This document shows, piece by piece, positions 1 to 10,243 of a stretch of DNA of 32,000 nt. The position numbers and the translations under genes are program-made. This stretch comes from Candidatus Saccharimonadota bacterium (GTDB lineage Bacteria; Pseudomonadota; Gammaproteobacteria; Enterobacterales; Enterobacteriaceae), in the NCBI GenBank assembly GCA_000217635.1, contig CP001817.1:120001-152000 (forward strand). Reading direction: 5' to 3'. Position 1 is the first letter of the stretch, and the number at the start of each line of letters is the position of its first letter. The notes under the pieces were generated by a model. It made no database searches and was not told where the DNA came from. It saw nothing but the letters and a program-made list of their open reading frames with translations.

Positions 1-1
1 A

Positions 2-1204
2 CCAGAATCTTGGGGTTTAAAAGAAAGTCAAGATGGATTAGATTATATGTTTTTAAATTTAGGTCCAAATCATCCATCTTCTCATGGTGCTTTTCGTATA
101 ATTTTACAATTATATGGTGAAGAGATTATTAATTGTGTTCCTGATATAGGATACCATCATCGTGGTGCAGAAAAAATCGCTGAAAGACAATCTTGGCATA
201 GTTATATTCCATATACTAATCGTATTGAATATTTAGGCGGGTGTATTAATGAAATGCCATATGTTTTAGCAGTAGAAAAATTAGCTGGTATTACTGTACC
301 CAGTAAAGCTGAAGTAATTCGTATTCTTTTATCTGAATTATTTCGTATTAATAGTCATTTACTATTTATTTCTACTTTTATTCAAGATACTGGTAGTATG
401 AGTACCGTTTTTTTAGCTTTTACAGATAGACAAATCATTTATGATTTGATTGAAGAAATTACAGGTGCCCGTATGCATCCTGCATGGTTTCGAATAGGTG
501 GTGTAGCAAAAGATTTACCAAAAAATTGGTCAATTTTATTAAAAAAATTTTTAAAATGGTTACCAAAACGATTAAATTTTTATATAAATGTAGCTTTAAA
601 AAATAGTATTTTAATTTCTCGCTCTAAAGGTGTTGCATCATATAATCGTAAAAATGCGTTATCATGGGGAGTAACTGGTGCAGGATTAAGAGCCACAGGA
701 ATTAATTTTGACATACGTAAATGGAGACCATATTCTGGATATCAGAATTTTGATTTTGATATACCAATTGGTGATAATTATAGTGATGCGTATACCCGTG
801 TTTTATTAAAAGTTGAAGAGATTAGACAAAGTTTAAGAATATTGCAGCAATGTTTAAAAAATATGCCGTCAGGACCCTTTAAATCAGATCATCCATTATC
901 AACTCCACCTAATAAGTCTAATACAATGCAACATATCGAAACTTTAATCACACATTTTTTACAGGTTTCATGGGGTCCAGTTATACCAGCGAATGAAAGT
1001 TTTCAGATGGTTGAGGCTTCTAAAGGTGTTAATAGTTATTATTTAATTAGTGATGGTAGTACAATGAGTTATCGTACTAGAATTCGTACTCCAAGTTTTG
1101 CTCATTTACAACAAATTCCTGCAGTAATTAATGGATCGTTAATATCAGACTTAATTGTTTATTTGGGTAGTATTGATTTTGTGATGTCTGATGTTGATCG
1201 TTAA
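2..1204 (+). CDS. nuoC: NADH-quinone oxidoreductase subunit C/D (NuoD portion; 5' end lies outside the window)
   Basis: The frame is open from the window edge. The translation ...[57 protein letters not shown]... is colinear with the NuoD half of the E. coli fused NuoCD. It ends in TAA at 1202-1204 and is followed by nuoE-N in canonical order. Confidence 0.95.
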   Translation, partial: PESWGLKESQDGLDYMFLNLGPNHPSSHGAFRIILQLYGEEIINCVPDIGYHHRGAEKIAERQSWHSYIPYTNRIEYLGGCINEMPYVLAVEKLAGITVPSKAEVIRILLSELFRINSHLLFISTFIQDTGSMSTVFLAFTDRQIIYDLIEEITGARMHPAWFRIGGVAKDLPKNWSILLKKFLKWLPKRLNFYINVALKNSILISRSKGVASYNRKNALSWGVTGAGLRATGINFDIRKWRPYSGYQNFDFDIPIGDNYSDAYTRVLLKVEEIRQSLRILQQCLKNMPSGPFKSDHPLSTPPNKSNTMQHIETLITHFLQVSWGPVIPANESFQMVEASKGVNSYYLISDGSTMSYRTRIRTPSFAHLQQIPAVINGSLISDLIVYLGSIDFVMSDVDR

Positions 1205-1246
1205 ATAAAAATTTTAAAAATATAATTAATTATAGGAAATTTAATT

Positions 1247-1716
1247 GTGTTTCAATTAAGTAAAACTGAAATTTCAGAAATCAATATAAAAAAAAACATT
1301 ACTCTGATATGAGAGCTGTTTCTATAGAAGCTTTAAAAATTGTTCAGAAAAATAGAAAATGGATATGTACGGATGCAATTCTTTCTATTGCTACTATTTT
1401 AGGTATTTCAGCGGAAGAGGTAGAGGGTGTAGCGACTTTTTATTGTCACATCTTTCGTCAACCTGTAGGGCGTAATATAATTAAGTATTGTGATAGTGTA
1501 GTTTGTTTTATTAATGGATATTTAGATATTGAAAAAAAGTTAATGCAATTGTTAAAAATCAAAATTGGGGAAACAACACAAGACGGAAGATTTACTTTAT
1601 TACCAACATGTTGTTTAGGGGCATGTGATAAAAGTCCAGTATTATTGATTAATGAAGATATACATCATAACTTAACAGGTGATTGTATTTCTCATTTATT
1701 GGAAAAATATAAATAA
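1247..1716 (+). CDS. nuoE: NADH-quinone oxidoreductase subunit E, interrupted by a frameshift at an A9 tract (1288-1296)
   Basis: GTG 1247 sits 9 nt after AGGA. This frame stops at 1310-1312. The conserved body ([17 protein letters not shown]...[15 protein letters not shown]...[11 protein letters not shown]) is the tracked ORF 1309..1716 in the adjacent frame. Reading A10 instead of A9 gives [30 protein letters not shown], colinear with E. coli FELSAAEREAIEHEMHHYEDPRAASIEALK. Confidence 0.85.
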
Positions 1717-1718
1717 AT

Positions 1719-3035
1719 ATGATGAAAAAAAAATCAGAAACACATCCTTTAACCTGGAGATTAGATGGATTATATACTCCTATTTGGATAGAGGAATATT
1801 CCAATAAAAATGGTTATAATGCATTGAAAAAAACATTAAAAACTTTAAGTTCTCAAGATATTATTTCATTAGTTACTAAATCTGGTTTAAAAGGAAGAGG
1901 GGGTGCTGGTTTCCCAACTGGTTTAAAATGGGAATTAATGGTAAAGAATTCTACTCCTCTTAAAAAACGTTATTTAATATGTAATGCTGATGAAATGGAA
2001 CCGGGAACTTATAAAGATAAATTATTAATGGAATATTTACCGCATCAGTTAATTGAAGGAATAATATTAAGCGCGTTTGCATTACAAGCAATATGTGGTT
2101 ATATTTTTTTACGGGGAGATTATTATGTAGCTGAGAAAAATTTAAATAAAGCATTACAAGAAGCTCGATATAAAGGGTTTTTAGGGAAGAATATTCTTAA
2201 TAGCGGATTTAATTTTGATTTATTTCTCCATACTGGAGCTGGTAGGTATATTTGCGGAGAAGAAACTGCATTAATTAACTCTTTAGAAGGTAAACGAGCT
2301 AATCCAAGATATAAACCACCTTTTCCTGCTCATGTTGGGTTATGGGGTTGTCCTACTTGTGTTAATAATGTAGAAACTTTGTCTAATATCCCCTCTATTG
2401 TTTTAAATGGTGTAAAATGGTATAAAAGTTTGTCTAATAGTATAGATTCAGGAACTAAATTAATGGGTTTTTCTGGTAGCGTGAAAAGAGCTGGAGTATG
2501 GGAATTACCTTTAGGAATTACTGCAAGAGAAATTTTAGAAGATTATGCACATGGCATGAAATTCGGATGTCAACTAAAAACTTGGCAACCAGGTGGAGTC
2601 GGGACGGCCTTTTTATCTTCTAATCAACTTGATACTGCTATGGATTTTGTGAGTTTACAGAAAATAGGGAGTCGATTAGGGACAGGATTAGCAATAGCAG
2701 TTGGACATAAAATTCAAATGGTTTCATTATTATTAAATATTGAAACATTTTTTTCACGTGAATCTTGCGGTTTATGTACCCCGTGCAGAGAAGGTTTACC
2801 ATGGATTGTAAAAATATTACAAGATTTAAATAATGATAATGGTCAGCCAGGAGATATTGAACTTTTAGAAGAATTATGTTGTATGTTGGGGCCAGGAAAA
2901 ACATTTTGTGCACATGCACCCGGAGCTATATCTCCTTTATATAGTGCAATTAAATTATTTCGTAAAGAATTTCAAATGTGTATTCAAAATAAAAAAGAAC
3001 GTATAAAAAATAATGACTATTTAATTAATCTATGA
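1719..3035 (+). CDS. nuoF: NADH-quinone oxidoreductase subunit F (NADH/FMN-binding, 4Fe-4S)
   Basis: The 438-aa ORF contains [57 protein letters not shown] and [12 protein letters not shown], colinear with E. coli NuoF. It starts 2 nt after the nuoE stop. Confidence 0.97.
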   Translation: MMKKKSETHPLTWRLDGLYTPIWIEEYSNKNGYNALKKTLKTLSSQDIISLVTKSGLKGRGGAGFPTGLKWELMVKNSTPLKKRYLICNADEMEPGTYKDKLLMEYLPHQLIEGIILSAFALQAICGYIFLRGDYYVAEKNLNKALQEARYKGFLGKNILNSGFNFDLFLHTGAGRYICGEETALINSLEGKRANPRYKPPFPAHVGLWGCPTCVNNVETLSNIPSIVLNGVKWYKSLSNSIDSGTKLMGFSGSVKRAGVWELPLGITAREILEDYAHGMKFGCQLKTWQPGGVGTAFLSSNQLDTAMDFVSLQKIGSRLGTGLAIAVGHKIQMVSLLLNIETFFSRESCGLCTPCREGLPWIVKILQDLNNDNGQPGDIELLEELCCMLGPGKTFCAHAPGAISPLYSAIKLFRKEFQMCIQNKKERIKNNDYLINL

Positions 3036-3142
3036 TTTTATTTGAAAATTTTTTATTTGAATTATTTTATTTTTGAAAATGTTAATTAATTTGTTACATA
3101 TATATTTTTAAAAACGTATATAATGGTTAGTATGGTATAAGT

Positions 3143-5910
3143 ATGATAAAAATTTATATTGATAAAAAAAAATTTTTATAAAAAAATCTATAAATATTTT
3201 ACAAGCATGTTTGTCTTTAGGATTTGACATACCATATTTTTGTTGGCATCCTGCTTTAGGAAGTATTGGTGCATGTAGGCAATGTGCAATAAAAATATAT
3301 AAAAGTAGTACAGATGATAAAGGTATAATTGTAATGTCTTGTATGACTTCTGTTCAAGAAGGCATGATAATTTCTATTACTGATGGTGAAGTAGAAAAAT
3401 TTCGTAAAAATATTATTGAGTTAATGATGTTAAATCATCCGCATGATTGCCCGGTATGTGCCGAAGGAGGTAGTTGTCATTTACAGGATATGACTGTACT
3501 TAATCAACATTTTTCTCGTCGTTTTAGATTTGAAAAACGAATATTTAAAAATCAATTTTTAGGTCCGTTATTAACGCATGAGATGAACCGTTGTATTACA
3601 TGTTATCGTTGCGTGAGATATTATAATGATTATTCTGGAGGAAAAGATTTTGGAGTATACGGCATTTCTAATAAAATTTATTTTGGAAGATTAAAAAATG
3701 GAAGTTTAGAAAGTGAATTTTCTGGTAATTTAATTGATGTTTGTCCTACAGGGGTTTTTACAGATAAAACCAATAAAAATAATTTTTATCGAAAATGGGA
3801 TTTACAATATACACCTAGTATTTGTCATCATTGTAGTATTGGTTGTAACATTAGTATTGGAGAAAAATTAGGTAAAATATGTCGTATTGATAATAGATAT
3901 AATAAAAATATTAATAAATATTTTTTATGTGATTTAGGACGATTTAGTTATGGATATTCTAACCTCAAAAATAGATTAAAAAATCCATTTCAACGTATAA
4001 AAAATACTATTCATTCATTAAATTATTCTGATGCTATTAAAAAAACATCTAGTCTTGTAAATTCTTCGCAATCTTCTATTCTAGGGATCGGTTCAGTACG
4101 AGCTAGTTTAGAAAGTAATATAGCATTATATAATTTAGTTGGAAAAAACAACTTTTCTAATGGTATGCCGAACAAATTAAATAAATGTGCAAAAATAATT
4201 TTAAAAAATCTTAAAAATGGTGGTTTTAATATTCCTTCGATATCGGACATTGAGACTTATGACGTAATATTAATTATTGGTGAAGATATTACGCAAACAG
4301 CCCCTCGGGCAGCGTTAGCTGTACGTCAAGCTATTAATAATATTAATAATAATATAAAAAATAACTTAAACCATAAAAATATGTCTGAGATCCCCTTATG
4401 GCATTCGTATGCAATTCAAAATGCAACTCAACATAAAAAAAACAAATTATTCATAACATCTTTAGATAAAACAAAATTAGATGATATTAGTATATGGAGT
4501 TATTATGGATCAATAAAAAAACAAATTGAATTAATTAATTTTATTACAGAATATATTCATGATGATACTTATATTATTCATAAAAAATATTCTAAATCTG
4601 TATTACAAAAAATAATTCTGATAGCACAAAGTTTAATGCAGGCAAAAAAACCACTTATTATTTCAGGAACATCTTATTTTGATGATCAAATTCTTAAAGT
4701 TGCAATAAATATTGCAACAAGATTAAAAGAAAAAGGTTTACCCGTAGGATTAGCTTTATTTCCATTATCCGTGAATAGTCTAGGTTCTATATTAATTTCT
4801 GATATTTCTTTAAATGATGTTTTTAAAAGAATAAATAATAATAATATCAATACGTTAATTATTTTAGAAAATGATTTGTATCGCTTTGTTTCATACTTTA
4901 AAGTTAAAAAATTATTAGATAAAGTGACTAATATTATTGTGATAGATCATTATTTTAATCAAACGGTAAATCATGCTAGTATTTTTTTACCTTGTTCTAA
5001 TGGTTTTGAAAGTTCAGGTACAGTAATTAATTATGAAAGTAGAGCACAACGTTTTTTTAGAGCTTTTATACCTCATTTTTACAATTCTAAAATTCTTGTT
5101 TTAGATAGTTGGCGTTGGTTATATGCTATTAAAAATTTTATTTTTTCATTTCGTATGATTGAAAAATTTACTTTAGATAATATCATAGATTTATGTTGTT
5201 TATTATTTCCAATATTTAAAATAATTAAAAAAATAGCTCCTAATTCTTTATTTCGTATGACTGGTCAAAAAATTGCACGATCTTCATATCGTTCTAGCGG
5301 GCGAAATGCATCATATAATAATAAAAATAGTATTCAATCGTCTGTACCACCTGATTACGATACAATGTTTACTTTTTCTATGGAAGGCGGAAGTGTTCAA
5401 AGTATCAAAGAAAACTTTTTATATCTTCCTTTTTCGCATTCCCCGGGTTGGAATTCAGGGCAATCTTATTATAAATCAGAAAAGTTATTACAAAATAAAA
5501 AAAATTCTTTTTATAATAATGATTTATTATTTCCGAATGTTATTAATAAAGATATATTGTATTTTTCTTTTTTAAATAAAAAATTAAAACATCAAAAAAT
5601 ATTAGAATCATTTACAGTAGTGCCTTATTATTTTTTATTACATAGCGAAGAATTAAGTCAACAATATTTTAAAAGACTTAATAAAGTGAATTATTTTTAC
5701 GTTATAATAAATATTAAAGATGCTTTATTATTAAATTTAAATCAAGGTGATATTATTAAATTTCAATTTGAAATGAATATATTTAATTTTCCAATTTGTT
5801 TATCTAATAAATTAGATCAAGGTTTATTAGGGTTACCGATAGGAAATATTGAGATTCCACAAAGTATTATCGGAAATTTAATAACAAATATTCAAAAAAA
5901 GGATGCTTAA
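3143..5910 (+). CDS. nuoG: NADH-quinone oxidoreductase subunit G, interrupted by a frameshift at an A9 tract (3164-3172)
   Basis: ATG 3143 reads [12 protein letters not shown] and then a stop at 3179-3181. The adjacent frame, open from 3166, continues [41 protein letters not shown] into the tracked ORF 3211..5910. Reading A10 puts 23 residues before LSLG, exactly as in E. coli. The Fe-S cysteine motifs ([37 protein letters not shown]) are intact. Confidence 0.88.
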
Positions 5911-6890
5911 TGAATAATTTTTTTAGCAGTAATTTTTTTTTTATTCATAATAAAAGAGTTATAACCGCAATTATTTTGTTTTCAGTCATTATTTGCGCTT
6001 CTTTTTTAACTGTTATTGAAAGAAAAATATTAGGGTTTTTACAAAATCGTTATGGTCCAAATAGAGTAGGTTGGAATGGTTGTTTACAAATTTTAGCTGA
6101 TGGTATTAAATTAATCTTCAAAGAAGACTGGATTCCCCCATTTAGCGAAAAATTTTTATTTATTTTAGCCCCGGTTATTTCTTTTCTTTCTTTATTACTA
6201 GTCTACGCTACTATTCCAATAACACATAATATATTAATTATTGATTTAAAAATTGGTGTTTTATTTTTTTTAATCATGGGATCACTATCTGTTTATGGAA
6301 TTTTATTGGCTGGTTGGTCTAGTCGTAATAAATATTCGTTATTAGGAGCAATACGATCTATAGCGCAAATGTTAAGTTATGAAGTTTTTTTAGGGCTTTC
6401 TATGATGGGTGTTGTTATGAAAGCAAAATCTTTTAATATAGTAGATATTGTTAAGTCTCAAACTGTACTTTGGAATATTATACCTCAATTTTTTGGGTTT
6501 TTAATTTTTTTTATTTCTTGTGTAGCTATATGTCATCGACATCCTTTTGATCAGCCAGAATCTGAACAAGAATTAGCTGATGGGTATCATATTGAATATT
6601 CTGGAATGAAATTCGGAATGTTTTTTATTGGAGAATATATTTCTATGATTACCACCTCTTCATTAATAACATGTTTATTTTTTGGGGGATGGTTAGGTCC
6701 ATTTTTTCAGCCTATTTTTTGGTTTTTTATTAAAACTATGTTTTTTCTTTTTTTAATTATTTTATTGAGAGCTTCTATTCCTCGTCCTAGATATGACCAT
6801 GTTATGTTATTTAGTTGGATTTTTTGTTTACCAATAGCTTTATTAAATTTATTATTTACTGGCATTATGATTTTATTAAAAATAATATAG
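5910..6890 (+). CDS. nuoH: NADH-quinone oxidoreductase subunit H (membrane)
   Basis: The 326-aa hydrophobic ORF contains [49 protein letters not shown] and PRPRYD. The ATG overlaps the nuoG TAA (TAATG). Confidence 0.96.
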   Translation: MNNFFSSNFFFIHNKRVITAIILFSVIICASFLTVIERKILGFLQNRYGPNRVGWNGCLQILADGIKLIFKEDWIPPFSEKFLFILAPVISFLSLLLVYATIPITHNILIIDLKIGVLFFLIMGSLSVYGILLAGWSSRNKYSLLGAIRSIAQMLSYEVFLGLSMMGVVMKAKSFNIVDIVKSQTVLWNIIPQFFGFLIFFISCVAICHRHPFDQPESEQELADGYHIEYSGMKFGMFFIGEYISMITTSSLITCLFFGGWLGPFFQPIFWFFIKTMFFLFLIILLRASIPRPRYDHVMLFSWIFCLPIALLNLLFTGIMILLKII

Positions 6891-6902
6891 AATAAGGTGT
6901 TT

Positions 6903-7448
6903 ATGAAAATAAAAAATATATTTTTTGGATTATATAGTCAGTTACGTAGTATAATATTGATTTTTTTAAATCTTTTTGCTAAAAGAGAAACCAGATTATA
7001 CCCCGAATCTGCGTTAAATTTATCGTCACGATATCGTGGCCGTATTATATTAACACGAGATCTTAAAGGAAATGAACGGTGTGTTGCTTGTAATCTATGT
7101 TCAGCTGTTTGTCCTACAGATTGTATTGAAGTTAAAAAATCAGAAAAAAAAAATGGTCGTTGGTATGCAAAATCTTTTAAAATAAATTTTTCGCGTTGTA
7201 TTTTTTGTGGTTTATGCGAAGAAGCTTGTCCCACCGCTGCTATTCAATTAATTCCAGATATTGAGTTAAGTGATTTTTCAAAGAAATATTTAATTTATAA
7301 AAAAAAAGATTTACTTATTTCAGGTCCTGGAAAATATCATGATTATGATTTTTATTCGGTTTCTGGTGTCAATATTAATGATAATTTAAAAAATAATAGT
7401 TCAGAAAAGATTTTAAATACTGTTGATACCACTTCTCTTTTACCTTAA
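6903..7448 (+). CDS. nuoI: NADH-quinone oxidoreductase subunit I (2x 4Fe-4S ferredoxin)
   Basis: Motifs present: [28 protein letters not shown] and [13 protein letters not shown] prefer ATG 6903 (AAGGTG just upstream; about 181 aa versus 180 in E. coli) over the tracked GTG 6897. Confidence 0.93.
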   Translation: MKIKNIFFGLYSQLRSIILIFLNLFAKRETRLYPESALNLSSRYRGRIILTRDLKGNERCVACNLCSAVCPTDCIEVKKSEKKNGRWYAKSFKINFSRCIFCGLCEEACPTAAIQLIPDIELSDFSKKYLIYKKKDLLISGPGKYHDYDFYSVSGVNINDNLKNNSSEKILNTVDTTSLLP

Positions 7449-7462
7449 AAGGTTTGTATTGT

Positions 7463-7990
7463 ATGGTTATATTATTTTATTTTTTTGGTATATCATCTAT
7501 TTTTTGGGTTATGTTAATGTTATTTAGTGCCCATTTAATTTATGTATTGTTGTATTTTGTTTTATTTATTTTATCACTGTCGGGAATATTTTTTATTTTA
7601 GGATCATATTTTTTAGGTGCATTAGAAATTATTATTTATGCTGGTTCAATTATTGTATTATTTTTATTTATTATTATGTTAATGGATTTTAATAAAAAAT
7701 CGGAGTTTCAATTTTTTTTTAAGTTTTATTTTTCTTTAAAAGATATTTTGTTTTTTTGTTATTTTATGTTATTAATTTTATTTTTATATTTAGAATATAA
7801 TATAACTTCTGAAAAAAATATATTTTTTAATATAACATCAGCGCATGATATTAGTTATTATTTATTTGGAAAATATTGTTCTCTTGTAGAGTTAGTATCG
7901 TTGCTATTATTTTCATCAGTAATTCTTGTATGTTTTTTTATGAAAAAACATAAATATAACAGTATTATTATAAATAAAGGTTTAAAATAA
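7463..7990 (+). CDS. nuoJ: NADH-quinone oxidoreductase subunit J (membrane)
   Basis: The hydrophobic ORF contains LGALEIIIYAGSIIVLFLFIIML, matching E. coli GALEIIVYAGAIMVLFVFVVMML. ATG 7463 lies about 10 nt after AAAGG and is preferred to the tracked TTG 7454. Confidence 0.9.
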   Translation: MVILFYFFGISSIFWVMLMLFSAHLIYVLLYFVLFILSLSGIFFILGSYFLGALEIIIYAGSIIVLFLFIIMLMDFNKKSEFQFFFKFYFSLKDILFFCYFMLLILFLYLEYNITSEKNIFFNITSAHDISYYLFGKYCSLVELVSLLLFSSVILVCFFMKKHKYNSIIINKGLK

Positions 7991-8296
7991 ATGTTTTTAT
8001 CAATAAATAATTGTTTAATTTTATCTTTTATTTTATTTTTTTTAGGTTTATCAATATTATTAATAAAACAAAATTTAATGTTTATTTTTATTGGTTTGGA
8101 AGTGATGATTAATTCAATATTATTATCAATGATTGCTATTAGTCATTATTGGAATCAATTAGATGGACAAATTTTATATATTTTGATTATTACAGTTGCC
8201 GCCTCAGAAGTCGGGATTGGATTAATATTATTAGTCAAAGTTTATCAAAATTATAAAACTTTAAATATATATATATTAAGCGAGATAAGTCAATGA
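7991..8296 (+). CDS. nuoK: NADH-quinone oxidoreductase subunit K (membrane)
   Basis: The 101-aa ORF contains IGLEVMINS...YWNQLDGQILYILIITVAASEVGIGL, colinear with E. coli NuoK (100 aa). It abuts the nuoJ stop, and its TGA overlaps the nuoL ATG (ATGA). Confidence 0.95.
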   Translation: MFLSINNCLILSFILFFLGLSILLIKQNLMFIFIGLEVMINSILLSMIAISHYWNQLDGQILYILIITVAASEVGIGLILLVKVYQNYKTLNIYILSEISQ

Positions 8297-10122
8297 ATTT
8301 AATTTATTGGATTGCTTTTCTTCCTTTTTTGAATTGTTTTTTATTGTTATTTTTTAGTATTTTTTTTTCCAAAAAAAATGTTGGATTATTAGGAATTTTT
8401 TATTTTTTAACGTTTATGTTTTCTGTATATATAGGATATTACTATTATTCTTTTTTTAGAAATTCGGAATATATTTGTATACCATTATGGAAATGGATGA
8501 CTGTTAATAATTATAATATTCAATTTGGTTTTTTAATTGATAGTTTATCGTTATCTATGTTAAATATGGTAACTTTTATTAGTTTTTGGGTATATTTTTT
8601 TTCTTTTTGGTATATGAATCATGATAAAGAATTTATTAAATATTTTTTATATATGAATGTTTTTATTTTTTTTATGTTGGTATTATTATTATCTGATAAT
8701 TTAATTCTTCTCTTTTTATCTTGGGAAGCTATAGGTATTTGTTCATATTTATTAATTGGTTTTTATCGATATAATATGAAAAATGGAATTTCAGCAATGA
8801 AGTCATTTTTAATGACACGTTTTGGAGATATTTTTTTATTATTATCTATTTTTAATTTTTTTAAATTTCATACTGTAAATTTTCATACATTAAATTATAT
8901 TATTAATAATCAAAAAATTTTTTATCAGAAAGACTATTTTTTATTTTTTTCGACTCTATTTATTGTAATAGGTATAATCGGAAAGTCTGCGCAAATACCA
9001 CTAAATACATGGTTAACAGAAGCGATGGTTGGACCAACTCCTACATCTGCATTATTACATTCTACAACTATAGTAATTTCTGGTATTTATTTAATCTTAA
9101 GAGTATATCCGTTATTTTTATCTAATTTATATATTATGTATTTTCTTGCAATTTTAGGGTCTTTTACTGTTTTAATTGCTAGTTTTAATGCAATTTTTGA
9201 AAATGATATCAAGTGTATTTTAGCTTATTCTACAATGAGTCAAATTGGTTATATGTTTTTAGCATTAGGTACTTGTAATCCTGTTGGTGCAATTATACAT
9301 TTAATTAGTCATGCTTTTTTTAAATCTTTACTTTTTTTATCTGCAGGATCTATTATTAGATATATGAATTCTGAAAAAAATATTTTAAAAATGAGTGGTA
9401 ATTTATATAAAAAAATTCCATTAGTTTATTATTCATTTTTAATAGGTTGTGCATCGCTTATTTCTTTACCATTTGTAACATCTTCTTTTTATAGTAAAGG
9501 AAATATTTTATACAGTTTGCATTATAATCACCATATAGAATTTTTAATTATTGGATTTTTTGGTATTTTTTTAACATCTATTTATACGTCACGAATGTTT
9601 TTATTAATATTTCATAATAATAATACATGTGTTTTATCTTCTGTACGTTTTAATGTTTTTCATAATCTTCCTTTAATTATATTATCTTTTTTCTGTACCC
9701 CTTTGGTATGGTATTTTATATCACATTATTGTTTTTCTTTATATATATATAAAAAAATAAATTTATTTAGTAGATTTTATATTGAATTATTTTCGATATT
9801 ATTCTCTTTTTTAGGTTTATTTTGCACTTATTGTTTTTTTTCTAAAAAAATAAAAAATTATATATTTGTACGTACACTTCTTTCATTACAAAAAAATTTT
9901 AGTCTTGATAAATTGTATGAATTTGTATTTATTGAATTGTTTTTAAAAATTGTATTTTTATTATCTAATGATCCGTTAAGTTATATCATTGATATATTTT
10001 CAGATATCTTTTTTTACTTAATGAATTATAAATTAAAACTTGAATATAAAAATGTGTTATGGCACATTAAATTATTTATTATATGTTGGTCAAGTATCGT
10101 ACTATTATTGCTATTAATGTGA
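8293..10122 (+). CDS. nuoL: NADH-quinone oxidoreductase subunit L (antiporter-like)
   Basis: The 609-aa polytopic ORF contains GKSAQIPLNTWLTEAMVGPTPTSALLHSTT and ILAYSTMSQIGYMFLALG...HLISHAFFKSLLFLSAGS. The E. coli ortholog is about 613 aa. Confidence 0.95.
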   Translation: MNLIYWIAFLPFLNCFLLLFFSIFFSKKNVGLLGIFYFLTFMFSVYIGYYYYSFFRNSEYICIPLWKWMTVNNYNIQFGFLIDSLSLSMLNMVTFISFWVYFFSFWYMNHDKEFIKYFLYMNVFIFFMLVLLLSDNLILLFLSWEAIGICSYLLIGFYRYNMKNGISAMKSFLMTRFGDIFLLLSIFNFFKFHTVNFHTLNYIINNQKIFYQKDYFLFFSTLFIVIGIIGKSAQIPLNTWLTEAMVGPTPTSALLHSTTIVISGIYLILRVYPLFLSNLYIMYFLAILGSFTVLIASFNAIFENDIKCILAYSTMSQIGYMFLALGTCNPVGAIIHLISHAFFKSLLFLSAGSIIRYMNSEKNILKMSGNLYKKIPLVYYSFLIGCASLISLPFVTSSFYSKGNILYSLHYNHHIEFLIIGFFGIFLTSIYTSRMFLLIFHNNNTCVLSSVRFNVFHNLPLIILSFFCTPLVWYFISHYCFSLYIYKKINLFSRFYIELFSILFSFLGLFCTYCFFSKKIKNYIFVRTLLSLQKNFSLDKLYEFVFIELFLKIVFLLSNDPLSYIIDIFSDIFFYLMNYKLKLEYKNVLWHIKLFIICWSSIVLLLLLM

Positions 10123-10145
10123 GTTCTCTATTTCTTTTACTATAG

Positions 10146-10182
10146 AAAATATTAATTTTTATAGATTAAAAATTAATATTTT
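10146..10182. repeat. Perfect 15-bp inverted repeat (stem-loop) in the nuoL-nuoM spacer
   Basis: AAAATATTAATTTTT (10146-10160), loop ATAGATT (10161-10167), AAAAATTAATATTTT (10168-10182). The arms are exact reverse complements, verified base by base. Confidence 0.8.
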
Positions 10183-10243
10183 ACATATTTTTAAATTATT
10201 TATTATTTTTATATTTTAATATAATGTAAGGGTTTTATTTTAA

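Noticed and set aside
3036-3142. Sigma70-like promoter hexamers (for example TTGTTA...TATAAT before nuoG, TTGAAT...ATAAAA before pth, and several in the ahpC-ung spacer).
   Set aside because: In DNA of about 80% A+T, TATAAT-like and TTGANN-like strings occur everywhere by chance. I could not distinguish real promoters from background without transcript 5'-end data.
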